A stretch of 64,000 nt of DNA from Paraphysomonas bandaiensis (Eukaryota > Protista > Chrysophyceae). The position numbers were made by a program, and so were the translations under genes. The stretch covers positions 186,001 to 250,000 of the forward strand of contig CBFFRP010000263.1 in the NCBI GenBank assembly GCA_965644295.1, written 5' to 3'. Shown one piece after another: positions 37,579 to 52,054 of this stretch (position 1 is the stretch's first letter; each line of letters starts with the position of its first letter). The notes under the pieces are model-generated. The model worked only from the letters and a program-made list of their open reading frames with translations, ran no database searches and was not told the origin of the DNA.

Positions 37579-38136
37579 TACGTGAACTCAAAGAGGAACT
37601 TGTTCATTATTGAACATACGAGGGAGAACAGAATGTGCAAATCTTATATAGATATGTTTCATTCCGTCAAAAGGAAAGATCGACTTGCAGTACATCACTT
37701 GAGAGGTATGGGTAGTACATTTCTTTCTTAATTATATTTCTTAATATTGCCACCAGGGGACATTGATGTGAAGCACATGTCCAGCTCGATCAGGCCTGCT
37801 AGGAAACGCGGCCGGCCTCGCAATGCAGCAAAAGCTTTAATCAATGATGAATCCATTGATGTCATGGCCCTCAAGCCAGGGAACTGGAAGAATACGTACG
37901 TTCGCCACCCCCAGTACCTGAATGGTATGTGCGTAGATTACCGCGTAGTGCCAAATCACAAGAATGAAAAACTCCTTCGATGGCAGTGTCGGTTCTCGGA
38001 TGCCCCTGATGACATACTTCCACACCCTGAGATTGTTGGGTTCGATGTCCATGAAATGAAGGAGGCTGTCGAACTTCACCGGACTTGGTCACGAGAAACT
38101 GCGCATTTCTCGTTCGATTGCGAAGACGAAATGTGA
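37579..38136 (+). pseudogene. 3' remnant of a MULE-type transposase (degenerate SWIM region plus RKRGRP motif)
   Basis: Splicing 37706-37756 gives ...MCKSYIDMFHSVKRKDRLAVHHLRGDIDVKHMSSSIRPARKRGRPRNAAKAL...; lies inside the TIRs. Confidence 0.55.
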
Positions 38137-38503
38137 TGCATTGCATGTGTACAATAGATGCATTTGCATTAATTGATGGCTAGAGTATGCTCCCATGTTT
38201 GAGTAGAAGTTATTATTTTTGACTAGGTGAATACCTTAAAACACCTAGTCAACCTAGTCATTGTAAACTGAAAATATGAATTATTAAATGACTAGGTTTT
38301 TCACCTACTTGACTAGGTTTTTACACCAATTTTGGTGTGACTAGGTAGTTCAACCATTTTGACTAGGTTGAATAATACATCCCAATAACTTTTAAGGTAC
38401 TCAATTGATCATTCTATACTTAAATCTGTATTTTCTTATGCGCTATGCTTGCCATGTGATTAGGAGTTCATAGATTACACAGAACCACTTGTACTCGATT
38501 CCA

Positions 38504-39223
38504 CTACCATGGTACGATATTTAGAAATCCGCAATCAACATGACAGCAAAATATTTGAAACTCTTTCATACAATTTACAAGACCAAACTCGTGACGAAGA
38601 CATAAGTACTTATGCCGGATAAAGTCTTCTTTAAAACAGTCAGGAAAGTCTTGACAGCCACATTTGTAGCACAGAAGGTTTAGTGTGAGTAATTCCTAGA
38701 GCGAATATTACTTCTGGAATAATGTGGGAATAGTATTTACCGGAATTTTGAACGTTGTGTGACATGTCATGTTAGATCCAATCGTGCACGGACCTAAGCA
38801 AAATATTTGCGTTGTTAACAATTCAGGAAGACCAAACTTGTTGTAAATACAGCAACAAACGCCATCGCATATCCAGTCGGACAGTAAGTCAGGAAAGTCT
38901 TGAACACCCCATTTGAAGCAAAATATTTTCAGCTGAAGTGCTTGTGGAATCTTGTAAATTGGAGAGCAGGTGGGATTACCACCACCACCGTTCAGCATAT
39001 ACTGCATCGTAATAGTTTCAGAAACATCTACACTTTCGCCAGTTTTGTACACTTTGTCACTTGTAAAGAGTTTGACAATCGAGATATCCGGGATTTTCTT
39101 CTCGATTTTTGATATGACATCATCGACTTGTAGAGATGGTACCTCCAACGAAAAGATGTCACCACATGTGGATTCAACTCGAAGTAAATGAGTTGTGTCG
39201 AAAGGCTGTATCACAGACACCAT
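38504..39223 (-). CDS. Ubiquitin-like domain ending LNGG fused to two Cys-rich repeats (2 coding exons)
   Basis: Intron 38696-38740 joins ...TFKIP to ELLTLNLLCYKCGCQDFPDC...FGL..QIFCC...PW*, which repeats QALQLKIFCFKWGVQDFPD...FGL..QIFC. Confidence 0.65.
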
Positions 39224-39772
39224 ATCCGCTACACCATTATCACTTTCATATGAGTCAGATATATCATATCTATCTTACCACGTTATCAGACAAAATATAG
39301 GAGACGCTTAGAAACACAGAGAGTATTATATCATAACGAAGTAAAGTCCTTGTGGGTCATGAGTGACAGTGATTGGAACAGGCAGGTGATGGAGTTCTTA
39401 GAGCGAGATCAGATAGCAACAACTGGAGTATGTCACTGTATGTTATTTCGCCATCTTCTATCCAATTAGACTATTAGTAAACTTTCTGATAGGCTGAAAT
39501 ATTGTGAGTGGACTATTGGATAGAAAATATGTTGTTTTCAGATGGTGGGGACAGAAAACCACAATAAATATTCAGAAAGATGGGGTTTCTGGAGAAAATT
39601 GAATTCTGCAGGACCTGCCATATAAATTTAAGCATAGTGCTGTAAGCTGTAATGATGTTATATACACTCTCTATCACAGCCGTGGTGGATTCGATGACCT
39701 GTAAGCCTGATACATCTCACTATCCCTACTTCTTCACCATTGTGTAATAATCATACGTACTAGTTGGTCACC

Positions 39773-41630
39773 ATGAGAGCTGTCCTTGGAAGTAGATCAT
39801 TCTGCGTAGTGATGTATATCTTACATGTATTGGCTGATCCTCTGAGCCAGTGCACTATACATCCAGACAACAACTTACACACTGTGAGTTCGACATCGAG
39901 TACACCAGTGAGTGTTTCTTTTACGAATGAGGGAAATGCTGACCTGGATGTCCTGTGGCTCTCCTCCAGCGGAGCGGAGACCTCTATGGGTTATATGGAG
40001 CCTCAAGATACGTTATATTTTTCTACATATAGTGGTCACGCATGGCGAGTGAGGTTCGTGTTCAATTATACTTTTCTATCCCTAACTTTGAGTAGGCTAT
40101 TGGTATCTCGGGATGTAGTATTTGAAGTCACACTTCCCGAAGGCGTGTCTGGAGATACTGAGTATTCTGTTGGAGGGGATTGCGTAGGTGGCAAGAGTGA
40201 GGAGGATCCAGACGAGAAGTACTTTGCCGATTCACTGTTTAGGACTAGTAGATCCTACGAATTAGTTAGTAATCCTGACGAAGTAGATGCTAAAGTTGCC
40301 ACATCGCCTTGCTCAGATCTGGGACTCTCTGATTGGGTGAGTCGTAGTGTGGCCGTGCCAGGGTACCACGTCTTGTGTGTCGTAATGGAGGAACCTCCGG
40401 CGAGCGCACAGCATACAGAATGGGGTATGGACGTAGAGGCCTGGCGAGAAGGATATCGTCCGGTAAACCAGAACGCTGGACAGGTTTTCATGGGGTCCAG
40501 GTAGTTCCTACTACTACGAGTTCTTTTGATCGTCTGATTTGTACTTTGTGCTTGACCATAGTATAATGGATATACGCCAATATATTGAGGAGCTTCTTGG
40601 CTTTCGCCGCACAGATAAGTTCCTGGATAATGCGAGAAGCGCCATACGCCGCAGATTGACCACGAGGGGAGTCCGAGGGTCTGGTACGGAATATGCCTGG
40701 GCACATCTTCCACATGCGTGGGCTATGTTCACCCCAACTCGAGATCGAATTCTCTCAGCTGCAGATCTCTATAGTTCGCTGCAGAGGGAGGAGGGGCGTG
40801 CTCGCGGTCTAGTGCTAGTGTTTGAAGGTGGTCAGTTCATATATCCCGGCGTGGAGGTAGGGTTCAACAGGTCGATTTGGATAAGTGATGCCGAGATGGA
40901 ATTCACACTCACTACCCTTTCTGTTCGGCCTTTAGTTTTTGGGATCGATAACTTCTTGAAACCGGAAGAAGTGGAGTATATTGTAAGTAATGCCGCACCA
41001 CATATGCAAGATAGTCCTGTGAGTCTTATGGACAAAGACAAGGGGAAAAAAGCAACGGAGTTCAGGACCTCCCAACTTCTATTTATGTCTTCTGCAAAGT
41101 ATCCCGCTCTGTCTCCTCTGGATGTTCGGGTGGCAGGACTTACGGGGTGTAAGATGGAGCAGCAGGAGGCTGTACAGGTGTTGAAGTATGAGGTAGGACA
41201 GTATTATCTTCCTCACCTTGACTTCTGGGATCCTCAGTACTACCAAGATCCGAGTATGGTCCGCTCGTCAAGGGCTGGTCATCGTAATAGACTCAGCACT
41301 GTCTTCTGGTACATGAGTGACTGTGAAGGTGGTCACACTGCTTTCCCCAATGCCCCAGTTTCGGATCAAAGGGTTTCCCAGGTGCTGCTGGCAGAGGGGG
41401 AAGAAAATAGACAAATACTAGCCGGAGGGGCTATCGATAATTATAGGGGCACCATGGAGTGCCCCTATGGTCTACGAGTTCCACCCAAGAAGGGTAATGC
41501 GATTCTGTTCTACTCGTTGTTGCCAAGTGGAGACGGTGATGCTCTTTCCCAACATTCTGCATGTGCGGTAAAACAAGGTACGAAATGGGCAGCCAATAAG
41601 TGGGTGTGGAACGAAAAGGCTAGAAGCTAG
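39773..41630 (+). CDS. Secreted prolyl 4-hydroxylase alpha-like 2OG-Fe(II) dioxygenase with N-terminal VHL-beta-like domain
   Basis: RPLVFGIDNFL, FRTS, QVLKYEVGQYYLPHLD, NRLSTVFWYM, GGHTAFP, HSACAVKQGTKWAANKW; N-terminal FTNEG..LDVLWL..G.E...TYSGHAWRV. Confidence 0.85.
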
Positions 41631-42751
41631 ATTATTTGTACATGATTGTAGCCTAAATATAGCGTTGGAGGAAGTTGGATACGATGCTTTATCTGAGTGG
41701 TAATGTGCAGTATATGAGCGCCAAGTATATATACGTATAGTTTACTTGTAATTTAAGAAGCTGTTTCATGTCAAGCATGTTGTATACAGTATACATCATT
41801 TATCGTGCTTTTGGAATTTGTTATTTGGAAACTAGGATAGTGTTAAAGCAATAGACAATACTGATATTGTTTTTTCATAGTTGAAAAAATTCAAAGTATT
41901 CTAGGCTGTATATATACAGCCTATGATTAGATCATTCTGTTAAATCTTTCATCAACTTCAGTAAATTAAGAAATAAAGACGTCTAAATTCTAACACAATA
42001 ATATTAGTAATCTAAATCTAAAACTATAACAGCATAGCTACTACACTGTCATATTGTGAATAATGAATAATAACACCAAAGCTTCACTCAAACAAAAAAA
42101 TGAACGATAAAGGACAGGACACAAGACTTCTTTTATCAACCAAAGGAACGTCAATACTGGTATTAGATATTAGATTAAGTTATAGATAACTTTTATATGG
42201 CTGGTACATTCGTAGTAGGTGTCCCAGTGTTGGCTGTAAAAGCCAAGAGTAGAGGTCTACCTAGTCTGTCTAGCATTCAACTAGCCACTATATTGGTACA
42301 GGTTCTTAACGCCTATTGCTAAATAATAAGACTTTCAATATAGACTCTTTGCAGTCAAATATACCCTTCACAATGCATGTCAGTCGGTGGGCTGGGTTCT
42401 TTCAACACTAATACTCTTCAACGGGTGCCGACAGCCATCAGCAACAGATATATATATATATATAAAGTCAATACTAGCTTCAGGTAAGGTATTTCGTAGT
42501 TTATCAAGGGCTACTAGATGGATGTGACATGTACTGGTGAAGCCTGTCAACACTGGTTGCTGTCATTCACCGTGCACAGCGAGAACACTTGAAACATGAA
42601 TGTCAAATATCTTATCCTAAAAGAAGTAGTTCGACTAGATCAGTTTCGTCAGCGGTTGGCCATAGATATAACTCCATGTAACAGCAATACTATGAGTATG
42701 AGGGAGAGGATAGTAAGATAACCGGTGTATCAACAAGAGTTTATTTTGAAT

Positions 42752-43525
<774 letters not shown>

Positions 43526-43901
43526 TATATGATATTCTAGTTATATAAACTCCAACTAATCTCCTAACTTCAAATCTACAGTATGACTGAACTACAAGTA
43601 CAGTATTATGGTATACTAGTATAGGTATACGGTAGGTATACGGTAGGTATTTAAATGTTTGAAAACACCATACGGCATAGGCGTGTGTATCCGTACACAG
43701 TCGACTCTATACGGTATACAGCCCCCGTCATATCTACACGGATACCAGATACAGATACAGAGTGTATGGTATACTGCTGTGTACTGCAGCACGGACACAG
43801 CTCAGCTCAGCTCCACTGCATGCATAAATATTCAAACTTAACTCCACAGCACACCTGACTGCTGCTTTCACCTGATAGTATCCCACTATCACACTATTAA
43901 T

Positions 43902-46900
43902 ATGTCTAGCGAATTAAACGGCAGTGTGTCTTACAGTGATACTCCAGTGCAGAGTGTGGTCAATGACAGTGAATCACAGTCACAATCCACACCGCATGTG
44001 TTCCAAGAAGCAGTGTTGAGTAAAGACGTACAGACTCTATGCAAATATTTAAATGATAAAGATCTTTATGATAATGTAGTGAGTGGTTGTGGTGATCTGT
44101 TAGGTAAGGCGGAAGAGGTGGTGAGTGAGTGGAGGCAGTCACAAGGAGTGGGTGATGTTGTCGACATATGGCAACCTCAATACAAGCAATGGTACTGTGC
44201 AAAGATCACCGACAAAGTTGATGAATCGACCTATTTGGTGCACTATCTAGGGTGGCATAAGAAGTTTGATGAGAAACTAGTGCTGAGTGACTGCAACTTT
44301 TTACCACCTCATACTATGACAAGGGAGCGCAAAAAGCCTGCTGGCAAGAAGCCAAGGCGAAGTAGCATTGTGATAGAGATCGTTCCTAATGAATTAGAAA
44401 ATGGTAACAATGGTAGTGTGGAAAGTAATGGGATCCCCGAGGCTACTGAAGTAGGGGGGAAAAGGCTTAGGAAACGACAGTCTGAGCCACTGTCAGAAAC
44501 TTCATCCCAAGTTGGTAGCGCCTCAAAGAGAGGTCGAAGGCGAAGCAGCACTAAATCAAAAGACGAAGATGGTTTAGTGGAACAAAGCGAATGGGTATGC
44601 AATATCTGTTATCAGCTGGAGGCCCCGGATGACTCGGACCTACTCATTTGCGAGGGTGGGTGTAGGCGACCTTTCCATATGGGATGCTTGGGTTTCTCCA
44701 AGGTAAAATGCTTTGTACCTGTTCTATTTGTGTATATATGCTAACAATTGTAATGTAGGAGGAACAACAAAGGTTTATGGAGGCACAATCCGAAAGCTGG
44801 ATCTGTAGTGATTGTCAAGCTGGGCGACATACTTGCTTCATATGCAATGACGAGGGAGATGACGGCAAAGTATTGTATTTGAGTTGGTGTGAATGCCTTA
44901 CCCTTACGATCTGTAATATCTTAGGAGGTGGTCAGATGTGGATGTGGCCACTGTGGGAAGTATTACCACTTCGGATGTCTTACTACTCAAGCAAAACACT
45001 ATCACATACACCGCAAGGTGAGTTCAAGAATGCAACATCTCTGCATTGTGGGCGTGTGATATCGACATGTATTAGCAATTGGAATGCGTTTTCTATCTAC
45101 TCTGTATTTGAGCTGTTTATGCATATAGAAAAATTCCGTCGAAAGTTCTTTACCATCGGAGCATGCTCCGCCAGCAAAAGCTGACCAGTCATCGAATAAT
45201 GGGATGAGTAAGCGAGTCATTCGGCGACCGTGTCGTTATACGGATGAAATAGAAGAGATGTCCCTTCCCGAAAGGGAAGACGATGAAGTGGAAGGGGGAT
45301 GGGGGGATCTGGAGCTGGTCAAGTGTCCGCATCACTACTGCGACACATGTCATGAGTTCTATGTAAGTGCCTCAGAAGCATGGTGTCTTGTATGCACGTA
45401 ATCTCATATCTGATTATATGTATATCGCAAAACAGAGAAACGAGAAAGGGTTATATTCCCGCCCGTTATTCAAATGCTTTCGGTGTCCAAAGGCCTTCCA
45501 TGTCAATTGTATCCCGCCTGATGCGCGGTACAATGCCCATTTGTTGCTGTGCGGTGATCACAAAGACGAAGCTCTACCAGCACTGGTATGTTCTAGTTAT
45601 GTTGCATGTGTAAGGAAATTGATATATGGTGCTTTGAATGGGATATATACGTTTTCAAGTTTTAATATTTCTTGGCAGGAGGTGGTTCCCAGAGAAGCGG
45701 TTGAAGGAAAAGGAAGCAGCTTCAGCTATGTATATGACCAGCTGCCTTTACCAACTTCCCCCCCGTCTGTTTCTGAGCTGGCCGGTTCCCACTTTAGATT
45801 TCCGCTTAGCCTAAAGAAAGATATAAGTGCACACCCCCCACCTTTTAAGATGATATTTTCGAATGACTATGAGCCTCTAAGACGCAATGAGGCTGAAGAT
45901 GGCCCAGCAGAAGTTCCAGTGGGGGTGCCAATGCATACCCCGGATGTAGCCTGCTCCTGCGTGAGCCAGTGCAGTGAAGATTGCCTAAATAGGATATCGA
46001 AGATAGAGTGCTGTGAAATGGGATCTTCATCTATATGTGCTGTCGGTGAGTCCATATTCACTTTGGTGATTTTAGTACATTGTATAATATTTAACTGTGT
46101 GACTCAGGTAAGGGATGCGGAAACCGCTTGTTTACAAATAGAGAATACGTCAAGGTGCAACCCTTTCAGGAGGGAGAAATGGGATGGGGATTGCGAGCGA
46201 GAGAAGATGTTTCTTGTGGGTCTCTTGTGATTGAGTATGTAGGAGAGGTCGTGACAGAGGCACAAATGCGTAGACGCATGACCATGCAGCGAAAGCTCTC
46301 CCCCAGCGATCATGACTTCTACGTCATGGAGATAGGTATCGTTGCCGTTGTATAGTACTGTTTGAATTTATTGCGCACTTGCTCTTGTGTAATTATAGAG
46401 AACGGGCTATATGTGGATGGCAAACGGAAAGGAAATCTGTCCCGCTTTATAAATCATTCTTGTGACCCGAACTGTGAATTAGTGGTGAGTAGCATGTGGC
46501 CAATGTATATTTACTCTCTGTCTGATCACGTATATGTTGATGGCAGCGATGGGTAGTGCGTGGGCGGATGCGTATTGGTATATTTGCGATCAAAGACATC
46601 CAGTCCGGTGATTCGCTCTCATATGACTACCAGTTTGATACGCAAGAGTCTGAAGCATTCAAGTGTCATTGCGGGGCGGCCACTTGTCGAGGGACAATGG
46701 CTCCAAAGAAGAAGAGCATTGGTAGTAAGGACATGCTCTCACGAGCAGACAGACAACGCATGATTGCAGCGGGAAGGCGCCGGGAGGACAAGGAGACTCT
46801 TAGACAAGAGGAGTGGAAGAGAAGCTTTACAGGACGCATGCTACCAGGTGACGGTATATTGGAAGTAAAGAACGGCCCCCCCAGAGTGTGCCTTGTGGAT

Positions 46901-47053
46901 GCAAGAGACCAACACCTGTTTCTAGTAAGAAACACAAGGTAATTACACAACTGCTCTACACATTCAATTCTCCTTACTAAAGGCCTCTGTAGGAACGGAA
47001 TGGACTTTGTCAAAAGACGCCATCTGATGTCTTTGAAAGCATCTTCTGCATAA
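43902..47053 (+). CDS. NSD/ASH1/SET2-type histone-lysine methyltransferase (chromo-barrel/Tudor-knot, PHD fingers, AWS, SET, post-SET), multi-exon
   Basis: YLVHYLGWHKKFDE; CNIC..CEGGCRRPFHMGC; CSEDCLNR; MGWGL, EYVGEV, SRFINHSCDPNC, YDYQF, CHCGAATCRG. Confidence 0.88.
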
Positions 47054-47235
47054 GATGTCATGGATGGTTAAATGTAGTGAATAGTTCTTTGTGTTTCTCA
47101 ACACATTGCAGTACGTATACAGCGATTGGGTTTTCATGCTCGTAGATGATACTAGGCTAGTAATAAAGAATACTATATCAGGAAGTATTTTTGTGTTGTA
47201 AAGCACTATTGGGTTCCGCTGTGCGATATGATATA

Positions 47236-47677
47236 TATTGTGCTACCGAACTGAGTTAATAGTGTGCAGTGTGAAAACCAACCCGCAGTAGAACAGGGTA
47301 AAATTAGTGTTCTAATATTTCACCGACTAAATTTTGGTAGTTCACCTAGAAACCTTGAGATAACTTGTGCTTTAACTGCTAGGCTTAGTTTTATTGGTAG
47401 TTCACCTACCAAGCATATTCTTTGTTTTCAATGCAGATTTAAGCTTAGTAGTAATAGTAAGAAGAATGTTGTGATTATTAGAGCGTAAACTGATGCACAC
47501 AGTAATGTATAAAAGTGAATAATAATGCAGAACATAACTATCATACACAACGGATTAGCTAGAAGTATAGCTAACTGATGATGACGATCGTTATGATGAC
47601 GATCAAGTATCTTCAACAGATACAATCATTAATTCAGTTCATGATATATTTCACATATTATATATACTATCCTAATA
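47236..47677 (-). repeat. Dispersed repeat copy, possible solo LTR with TATTA...CAATA ends
   Basis: Homologous to 14545-14805 and 11080-11248; no TSD found. Confidence 0.55.
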
Positions 47678-49577
47678 TTTTCAGCATTTTTCTACTTATA
47701 TGCTTAGTGAATACATGTATAGAAAAGTATAGTAGATATTAGATATTCATGGCCTTGATATTGACGGCGCAAAACGAGCGCTTGCACCGCGAGTAGACAT
47801 AAGAGCCTCAACCGTAAACTAGGTCTTCAGAATTGTTTTGCGTGAAGGTTCATCCTGCAGTGAGGGTGATTCTTATTTAGCGAGTGTATAAAGGGTAGAG
47901 ATAACTATTATATTACAGTTGTTCTGGTCTCCAGAGGCGGTTTGGTCGATTGAAAACTTATTTACAACGGGAGACGCGTAAGATACTGGCTTAGAAAAGA
48001 TCGTGGCTCATGAACCCAAGACAAACCAGCCCGATTATTGGCATTTTGTTTGGAACTTAAAAACTCAACAATTCAAGCAACTTAAAAGTTGTTTATCCTT
48101 ACCAAGCTCAGAAGTCATGGATAAATTCTGGCAGTAGTTTTCCCATTTTACCATCTATATAACACCTAACCATTAATTGGCTGGTTAAATTTAATATAGC
48201 ATCTTAGGATGTATAGCTACTGATCATAGGTACAAACCCATTATCTGTTAGCATAGATATTTTTGCAACAAGTTATAGTTCAGAAAAAGTCATTCTAAAA
48301 TCTAGAGTAGAATTAAAGGCTATTAATAGGCAATTATTGCCAATTTATGCTTGATTAACAATAGCAATATAATTGTTGGACATCATCTGTCACCAATTAA
48401 CTGTTACGCAAGCCTGACAACTATTGCACAGCACAATATTTTGGTGATTGCAGAAATCAATAGATGAGATAGATTATAGATACATCAGGGCGAGCATGAT
48501 GGATAGAGAATTCTGGGGGATATGTATCGGAGATAATTCTCCGGAAAACTAACCTGAGACGAATATTCATCAGATATTGTTCCTTGTGTGGTACAAGGGA
48601 CACTACTATAAGTGTCACTTGTGTAGACGTCTTTGGCCATTGAGAAATGAACAGGCGTCTGGGAATGGGCTCACCTCAACAAGGGCATCCGGGCTGTTCA
48701 TCTTAATAAAGACTCACAATCCTGTTATCAGCAGATGTCAGGTAGTCAGGTATATCACTATTCTGCTTGCTCACTGCGTTTGCTTTGAGCAATGGAGCAA
48801 AAGTGGTTGCACCTTGGTACTTGCGGTGACGCACAAACAGCTTTCGTAGTGCCAAATAGTAGGATATCATAGTTAAGCAATAGTTAGTTAAATTGCTTTT
48901 TGCTACATTAGTTTGGACTCTTACCCGTCTATTGCTAATAATACGACATTCTCTACGACACGGTTCGTCATGCTGGTGGTATGCTTGTCAACATTTAACC
49001 CTTCTTGTTCTGTCGAACTAACCTAATATTGTTGTCACCGATGATTGTAATCCGTCACTACAAGGGGGGGCACGTTAAACCGGTACGGTATACCCCTCCT
49101 CCTCCTACCAACGTACTGTGTTTTACTATCTGGTAATGTTAAAATTGTAATGTAAGAGATGTACCCTCGTAGAGTAATAAGATATATGTGGGACTAGTCT
49201 TGTGTGTACAACATGATATATAACACAATATATACAAGAAAACTTCGAAAGTGCAATCAATGTGAATGTTCAATTGGATCAATTCCAATGACTTCACGTA
49301 CATTGAATGGACAAGGCGATAAGTCATGTCATTACGACTGCCCGCTGACGTAGCCATTTGAAAACTTGCTTATTACACCACTGCAAATACTTTGACCCAT
49401 TGATGAGTCCATATTCAGACCAGTGACCAGACAACGTAACTCATCAAGCGTGACAAATCGAATAAGATTTCTCAACAAACTGTTGACATTGCACACTCTA
49501 TGTACACATGCAATGGCACACCCCCAGATTAATCATTGGAGTATACAGAATAGCACTGGAATGTGCCATTTTGAAGT

Positions 49578-50315
49578 TTATTTTTCATCGTACTTTGAAT
49601 CAGCAATGTCATCCTCGTCGTCGTCATCCTCACCTTTCTTTGAGGATACCACTTTCCGCTCCGAGCGCTTTGAGTCAGCCTTGCTGTCTGCTCTAGCAAC
49701 AGTCTTCCCCTTCGTCTGCTGTTGTAGCTTTCCGTGCTTTGACATCACTTTGTAAAACGACTCATAATCGGCAGATGCAAGTAGACAGTCGATAAAGTAT
49801 TGTAGGTACTCTTCATTTGTCTCTTTCTGCGCGTCACGAACCTCCCTGTAGAACTCTTCAATAGTACAGTCCAATGACTCCACATAGGTTGTTAACGTGT
49901 CCTTTAAAAAATATATGAGCTACATGCAAATAGTATACTTACTACAGCTGTTACCTCATATATTTTCAAATAGTCTTGAAATAATGAGTAGTAAACAAGG
50001 TCATGTTCGCCGCCTTGAACCAAAGGAGGGGCATCAACGAAATCACCGGCATGGTCCTTAAAAAACTTACGAAATATATCTTTGAATAGCATAGTGTTAC
50101 GGTGTCAGTTAATAGAGTTGCATTCATATCTACCTAAAAAATTGTTGCTCCAGCAGTAGTCAGCAACTTGTCTAATTATTCCTGTGGTAGGCATATGAGA
50201 AATGAGATGGTGATGAAATTCTAGTGAATCTGTTTGAACTATACACTACACGGACTGTAATGGAGTGAAGACTATGAACTGCTATAGAATGATTATGATA
50301 TTGACTATGGAACAT
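49578..50315 (-). CDS. ARL2-binding (BART) domain protein, ARL2BP/CFAP36-like; start uncertain
   Basis: FRKFFKDHAGDF...EHDLVYYSLFQDYLKIYE...FIDCLLASADYESFYKVM. Confidence 0.75.
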
Positions 50316-50620
50316 CTCCGCTCTTCTGTCACCCACATAGCTACGAATACATGCATACGTGGATCTACCATACAGAGAGCGAGCGAATACATATAGTGTA
50401 TAGATACCGGCTACATGTCTCCGTTTAGTACGGGCTACCAATTGTACGGTCGTACCGGCAATGTATGAAACCGCCGCATGTAGCAACTGCTTGATATGGT
50501 CATACTATACTTATACTGTACACTGTATAAGGCTATGAGCACTGGAACCTCAGCACACGTGAGTTAATTACATCACATACAAGTTACTTTGCTTGTGCGT
50601 TATATCTATATAAGTTAAGC

Positions 50621-51424
50621 ATGTTGAATCAAGTTTCTTTGGTGAAATATAACACCCCAACACTTGTCAGTACAACTGGTGACAAGAAAGGAAAGAAGAA
50701 AGGCGCACCTGCAGCCGAAAAGAAAACAACTCAAACTGAAGATATTCTAAATTCTATATTGCCACCTAGGTGATAAGCACCTTATAATAGTCACTCTATT
50801 GCCATGTAATTTGTTGTATAGAGAATGGACTGAGGATGGACAGCTCTGGGTGCAATATGTATCCAGCACCCCGGCCACGAGGTTAGAAGTTATAAACCTC
50901 CAGGAACAGCTGGACAACCAACTTCAGCAAAGACAGGCCCGAGAAACTGGCATATGTCCTGTCCGAGAAGAGTTATACTCTCAGTGCTTTGGTTAGTGCT
51001 TTCACCTATAGCTTGCGTATGTAATTTTGTTTGCTCGACAGACGAATTAATTAGACAAATCACAATAAATTGTGCTGAACGGGGTCTATTGTTGCTTCGT
51101 GTCCGAGATGAAGCGCGAATGAGAATATCTGCATATGAGACATTGTATGAAAGCAGCATTGCTTACGGTATTCGCAAAGCACTGATGGCGGAGCAACGAA
51201 AAATGGAGCTCGAATCTAGTATCTCCGAACTGAAGACGTCAAAACAAGACCTGGAGTCGCAGGTGGACAACCTTAAGAAAACAATTGAAACCACTCAAGC
51301 CCGCGCGCTTGAAAAGCGACAGGCAGAAGAGAAAGCTCACGCGGAGGAGGTTGAAAGGATACAGAAAACGAACGAGCAGCTCAAAACAACACTGGAGACA
51401 ATGCTCTCCGCACCAAAGAAGTAG
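50621..51424 (+). CDS. DNALI1: Axonemal inner-arm dynein light chain p28 (possible extra exon from ATG 50535)
   Basis: SLVKYNTP, EDILNSILPPREW, QARETGICPVREELYSQCFDELIRQITINCAERGLLLLRVRDE. Confidence 0.95.
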
Positions 51425-52054
51425 ATTACGACACTGCCACATGCTCTTTATTTTGAGCTAATTTATAACTTTATGTATTGTAATAAACTTGTGCTGAATA
51501 ATGATATATTCGAGAATTTTATAGCTCTTGGGTTCTCTTACCTTTATGCGTTAGTTCTGATTTTAGATTTTAGGTGCACATTCTGAGTAAATAGTAAATA
51601 TGTAGTAGTCTAAATTTCGCGTCTACTAGAGGGCATATTAGTGCTTTTATATATGGCGCTTCCACGCTCGGTAAATGCTATTTGCAGGTGTTATTGTCAG
51701 CAGTTGAACCTATTACCTATAGATCAGCTGTAGATATATATCATTTCCTCAGCCGTTGCCTAAGTAATGCTGAAGGAGGAGGATTACACTCATAGCGAAA
51801 CTGTATATTGAATGTAATACAGCTAATGTAACAGTTAACCGTATAGTATTCAATATTCGGGTTATTTTCCACTTCCCACAATAAGGAATTGCTACTCAAC
51901 TATTTAGTTACTAAGTTACTACACTACGTATTGTGCTTTTAGCTACTGACCCTGTAGTAAACAATGCTTTAGAGAAGCACACGTGGAAATAAATAAAACG
52001 AATATAATACATAAACATAGCTAAACTTGACCATATACAGTAATTGCACATATA

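Larger units (their letters stand above)
34985..38383 (+). mobile_element. Non-autonomous Mutator/MULE-like DNA transposon
   Basis: ~80-bp imperfect TIRs starting GGGA..TATTATTCAACCTAGTCAAA with repeated ACCTAGTCA motifs; perfect 10-bp TSD AATAACTTTT (34975-34984 and 38384-38393). Confidence 0.88.

Noticed and set aside
39648-39714. Second C/D snoRNA (TGTA-ATGATGT...CTGA-TACA)
   Set aside because: Stem register is off by one, only a 7-nt rRNA match (GACCTGT), and it sits in a divergent promoter region.
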